Origin: Octopus sinensis
Lineage: Eukaryota
Length of the DNA stretch: 64,000 nt
NCBI RefSeq assembly: GCF_006345805.1
Contig: NC_043004.1
Location: 90,644,001-90,708,000 of the forward strand
Reading direction: 5' to 3'
Positions 60,476 through 64,000 of this stretch are shown in pieces (positions within the stretch are counted from its first letter, which is position 1; the number at the start of each line of letters is the position of its first letter). A program made the position numbers and the translations under genes. Under the pieces are notes generated by a model, which saw nothing but the letters and a program-made list of their open reading frames with translations, had not been told where the DNA came from and searched no databases.

Positions 60476-60715
60476 AAAATAAGTGTATGTATGACAGTCG
60501 TGGCATAACCTATGCTGGTAGTGTTGCTAAATCCAAGACAGGCAAACCTTGTTTAAGTTGGGAGGGCCAGCATGGAGTGAGGCGAGATATGTTCCCTGAT
60601 GGAAAATATCCAAAAAACTACTGTCGCAATATAAACATGTCAGCTGACTATGCTGCAAACCCTTGGTGTATGGTGACATCATCTGAATATGAAGATTGTA
60701 ATATTACATCTTGTG
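60476..60715 (+). CDS. Host gene exon encoding one kringle domain
   Basis: Acceptor ttcttatttcttcAG (60474-60475), donor GTAAG at 60716; 240 nt, phase 1-1; NKCMYDSRGITYAGSVAKSKTGKPCLSWEGQHGVRRDMFPDGKYPKNYCRNINMSADYAANPWCMVTSSEYEDCNITSC has all six kringle Cys plus the Y-x-G, C-x-x-W, NYCRN and PWC motifs. Joins in frame to the 53111 exon (A+AA = Lys). Confidence 0.93.
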
Positions 60716-61755
60716 GTAAGCAGTTTAGTCTTTTTTCTTTTCCATCACTTTACAATTCACACATATTTCATTTTGTTTTTTCTTTGTAATGGTTTATGCT
60801 GCTATTATGATGGAGTTTGTAAATGAATTTGTTCAAACATAAATTGTTAAAAAAATAAAATAAATACTTTTGTTTCATATAATATGTAATGTGAGAAATG
60901 TGATGTGATTTAACATGGCATTAGATTCAGAGTACAAAACCATGCATCTGTTCTAAAAAAACAAAAAAAAAAAAACAATTCTATTTAAATATTTTGTGTG
61001 CAACTACATTTCCTTGGTTCACTTGTTAATAAAACATCTGTATGTCCTTGCACAAAGCTTTACCAGGAACAGCAATTATCTGCTTTGTTTGTTAGTCCCT
61101 CCTCCCACTCAGACAATTTACTAGGTGTTAAAGATTATATCCAGAATCCGATGAAACTGGTGACAGTTGAGATTAGCAACAATAAACCAAAAATGGAATT
61201 CCTAGAGTGGCAAATAATTTAACTGCAGTGAGCAGTAGAGTTCTTGCCCTTCAATAGTAAGTTTAAGACAAAGATATTTGTACAGCCTTTTGTATTCTAT
61301 TCTCTCTTGAAGGGCAACACCCTAGAATATTAGTGTCTCTCATTTAGTCATTGAGGACAGTATCAAAAGAGTATTGAGAAGAATATAAAGGAAATGAGAA
61401 TAGGGTGCCCAGTAGAGCTGCTGCAAAAAATTTGCTTCCTTGGTACAGCCATCAGGAAAGTATTGTTGAACAGAAGAAATAGCATGGTATCATAGGCTGC
61501 AGGTTGGAAGACTTCAGGAGTTCGAACAGAACCCGAGTTAAAAAAAAAAATAATAGTTGCAAATCTTGACACAAGGCCAAAACTTTTAGGGAGAGGTGTT
61601 AGTTGAGTACATTAAACCCAGTACTTGACCCAGTACTTTGTGTTTATGAAGCAAATTTCATAAGATAGTGATGCTTTTACACACATACGTATGCACATGG
61701 GTGGGGGGATTTCTTTTATTCTTTGTTTCATCTCTTTTATATAATTCTGTATGCA

Positions 61756-61972
61756 TACTCTTTTACTCTTTTACTTGTTTCAGTCATTTGACTGCGGCCA
61801 TGCTGGAGCACCGCCTTTAGTCGAGCAAATCGACCCCGGAACTTATTCTTTGTAAGCCCAGTACTTATTCTATCGGTCTCTTTTGCCGAACCGCTAAGTG
61901 ACGGAGATGTAAATACACCAGCATTAGTTGTCAAGCAATGCTAGAGGGACAAACACAGACACACAAACATAT

Positions 61973-62018
<46 letters not shown>

Positions 62019-62181
62019 GACAGGCTTTTTTCAGTTTCTGTCTACCAAATCCACCCACAAGGCTTTGGTCGGCCCGAGGTTATAGCAGGAGACACTTGCC
62101 CAAGATGCCACGCAGTGGGACTGAACCTGGAACCATGTGGTTGATTAGCAAGCTACTTACCACACAGCCACTCCTGCGCCT
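61756..62181 (-). mobile_element. CORE-type SINE, complete
   Basis: Reverse complement of 42758-43157, ending 65 nt upstream of the 62246 exon. Confidence 0.85.
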
Positions 62182-62245
62182 GTACATAAATACAAAACTG
62201 TGGACTAAAGATTAAAAGAATATTTGTTTATTGTTCCTTTTGCAG

Positions 62246-62377
62246 TTTGTCCTGAATATTGGTTTGGAATTGGATGCAAATATGAGTGTCACTGTAAAAA
62301 AAATGACAAGTGTGATATAAATGGTATCTGTAAGTCTGGTTGTGCTGCTGGCTGGACTGGGAACAACTGCCAAAATA
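62246..62377 (+). CDS. Host gene exon encoding a second EGF-like (MEGF-type) repeat
   Basis: Acceptor ttccttttgcAG (62244-62245), donor GTAAGT at 62378; 132 nt, phase 1-1; CPEYWFGIGCKYECHCKKNDKCDINGICKSGCAAGWTGNNCQN. Joins in frame to the kringle exon (G+TT = Val). Confidence 0.92.
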
Positions 62378-62424
62378 GTAAGTGGTACTTTCATTATATT
62401 ATCTTTGTATCTTTTATTTATTTC

Positions 62425-62853
62425 TGTAATTTGACTGCAGCCATGCTGGGGCACTGCCTTGAAAGAAATTAGTGTTTTCAAAGCCTAGTACTTATTCTAT
62501 CGGCCTCTTTTGCCAAACTACTAAGTTATGGGGATGTAAACACACCAGGTTGTCCAGCAGTTGTGGGGAACAAATATAGACACAAAGACACACAAATACA
62601 TACATGTATACATGCACATAAATGCAGAACAAGGTGGAAAAAAATAGTACTCAAATACCTAAGGTAGAGTAATATGCTTTTATTAAAGCTGCAAAATCTT
62701 TACAAAACTATTACTCAGTTTCACATTTCCATTCAGACCTTGGTTGGCCCAAGGCTATTGTAGAAGACACTTGTCCAAGGTGCCACACAGTGGGACTGAA
62801 CCTGGAACTATGTGACTGGGAAATAAGCTTCTTATCACACAGCCATGCCTGTG

Positions 62854-62855
<2 letters not shown>
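62425..62855 (-). mobile_element. Decayed CORE-type SINE (tail about 62425-62600, head about 62738-62855) interrupted by the PLE fragment
   Basis: Both parts match the family; further partial copies at about 6690-6780, 7375-7500, 19612-19676, 33243-33360, 36030-36140 and 41622-41768. Confidence 0.7.
62628..62736 (-). mobile_element. Decayed second copy of the Penelope-like terminal fragment, lying between a SINE tail and a SINE head
   Basis: AACAAGGTGGAAAAAATAGTACTCAAATACCTAAGGTAGAGTAATATGCTTTTATTAAAGC matches 29526-29583; the hammerhead part is degenerate. Confidence 0.55.
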
Positions 62856-62909
<54 letters not shown>

Positions 62910-63519
62910 CATGCACATACATGCAGGCCAAATTTGAGGGCAACTGGTAAGGGGCAGTGGAGGAGTGCTAAATTTAGTAACCTAGTGAATGTACAATATT
63001 TTATGCTTGTCACAGTTGTGGAAAGTGCTGGTGTTGTTGACATTCCTTCTTGATTCTCTATGCTTTCAAGAACTCTGGAATTAAAAAAAAATTCTCTTAC
63101 TAGAAAACAGGTAAAGGTTGGCAACAGAAAGAGCATTTGGTCATAAAAGCTTGCCTCAAATAAAAACTTGCCTCTCCTTCTTTAAACCCCATGTGAGTAT
63201 GGAGAAATAGACATCAAATGAATGAACATATTGTTTGTTCTCCTAATGCAGTGATTAGTTTGTGGTTATATACTGAGTCAGCATCTTTAAGTGTACAGTT
63301 GATTGTGTACACACATATTTACTTTATCAATCCTGGAATGATGGAAGACAGACAACTTTGGCAAAGAATGAGGCTCCAATAGTCAAGCTTGACCATGTGT
63401 CTGCACCTGTATGTATATGCAGAAGACTGGCAGTAGCCTGTACATGCAAGACTGCTTTCTTTATGCTATCAATGCTGTTCAAGGGAATGGCTGTTGCCTT
63501 ATGGCCAATACAGTTTGGC

Positions 63520-63628
63520 ACCAGTGTCATTGTAGGCAATGCCATCAAAATGCTCATACTCAGAACAGTGTCACATACTCAGAACTAGTGGTGTTGTAGG
63601 CAATGCCATCAAAATGTACATACTCAAA
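63520..63628. repeat. Local ~63-nt direct duplication
   Basis: TTGTAGGCAATGCCATCAAAATG(C/T)(T/A)CATACTCA occurs at about 63531 and 63594. Confidence 0.8.
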
Positions 63629-64000
63629 ACAATTACTGCAAGCTATCTTACCTGATGGCTTTAACAGTTCTATAAATCCACTACTCTTATATTGATACAT
63701 TTTTATTGATCCCAAAAGGATGAAAAGCAAAATTGACTGCAGTGGAATTTGAACTCTGAGTGCTCAGAGTTGGATCACATGTCTCAACCTAGTCTGTCTA
63801 GCACTTAAAAGACACTGCCAATTTATTGCCTTCAACCTCAGAAAGATTTGAACTAAACATACATCCATGCCTTTTTTATACTCTCATACATATATACTTT
63901 TATTTCCTTTAGTAGTTTCAGTCATTGGTCTGCAACCATGCTGCAGCTCTGCCTGCTAAGATAAAGTTGATTATATTGACTTGGGCAAGATTTGAACTTA

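Overview
AT-rich, microsatellite-dense eukaryotic DNA whose repeat families look like those of an octopus-type cephalopod (species inferred from repeat resemblance, not verified). Most of the window appears to be intronic or flanking sequence of a + strand host gene. Three in-frame, phase-1 symmetric exons are clear (EGF-like 53111-53251, kringle 60476-60715, EGF-like 62246-62377), plus a candidate 33-nt exon at 23050-23082. The rest is transposable elements. The best preserved is a full-length ~4.1 kb RTE-clade LINE (23621-27760) nested inside a SINE. Its endonuclease-RT ORF is broken only by two 1-nt deletions, it carries a PHD-type C4HC3 zinc finger inside the RT region, and its 3' UTR holds a tandem array of ~63-nt two-hairpin units. 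Also present: a second decayed RTE copy and several RTE-tail retroposons, CR1/L2-, Jockey/CR1- and I-like LINE remnants, five Tc1/mariner remnants plus a Tc1 end, a Merlin/IS1595-like remnant, hAT and piggyBac-type MITEs, two Helitron-like non-autonomous copies, at least three tRNA-derived SINE families, and Penelope-like remnants (GIY-YIG fragment, truncated minimal hammerhead ribozyme). No CRISPR array, rRNA or genuine tRNA gene is supported. Most ORFs in the supplied track are microsatellite or antisense-shadow artefacts. All identifications were made by eye without database searches; coordinates of decayed elements are approximate.
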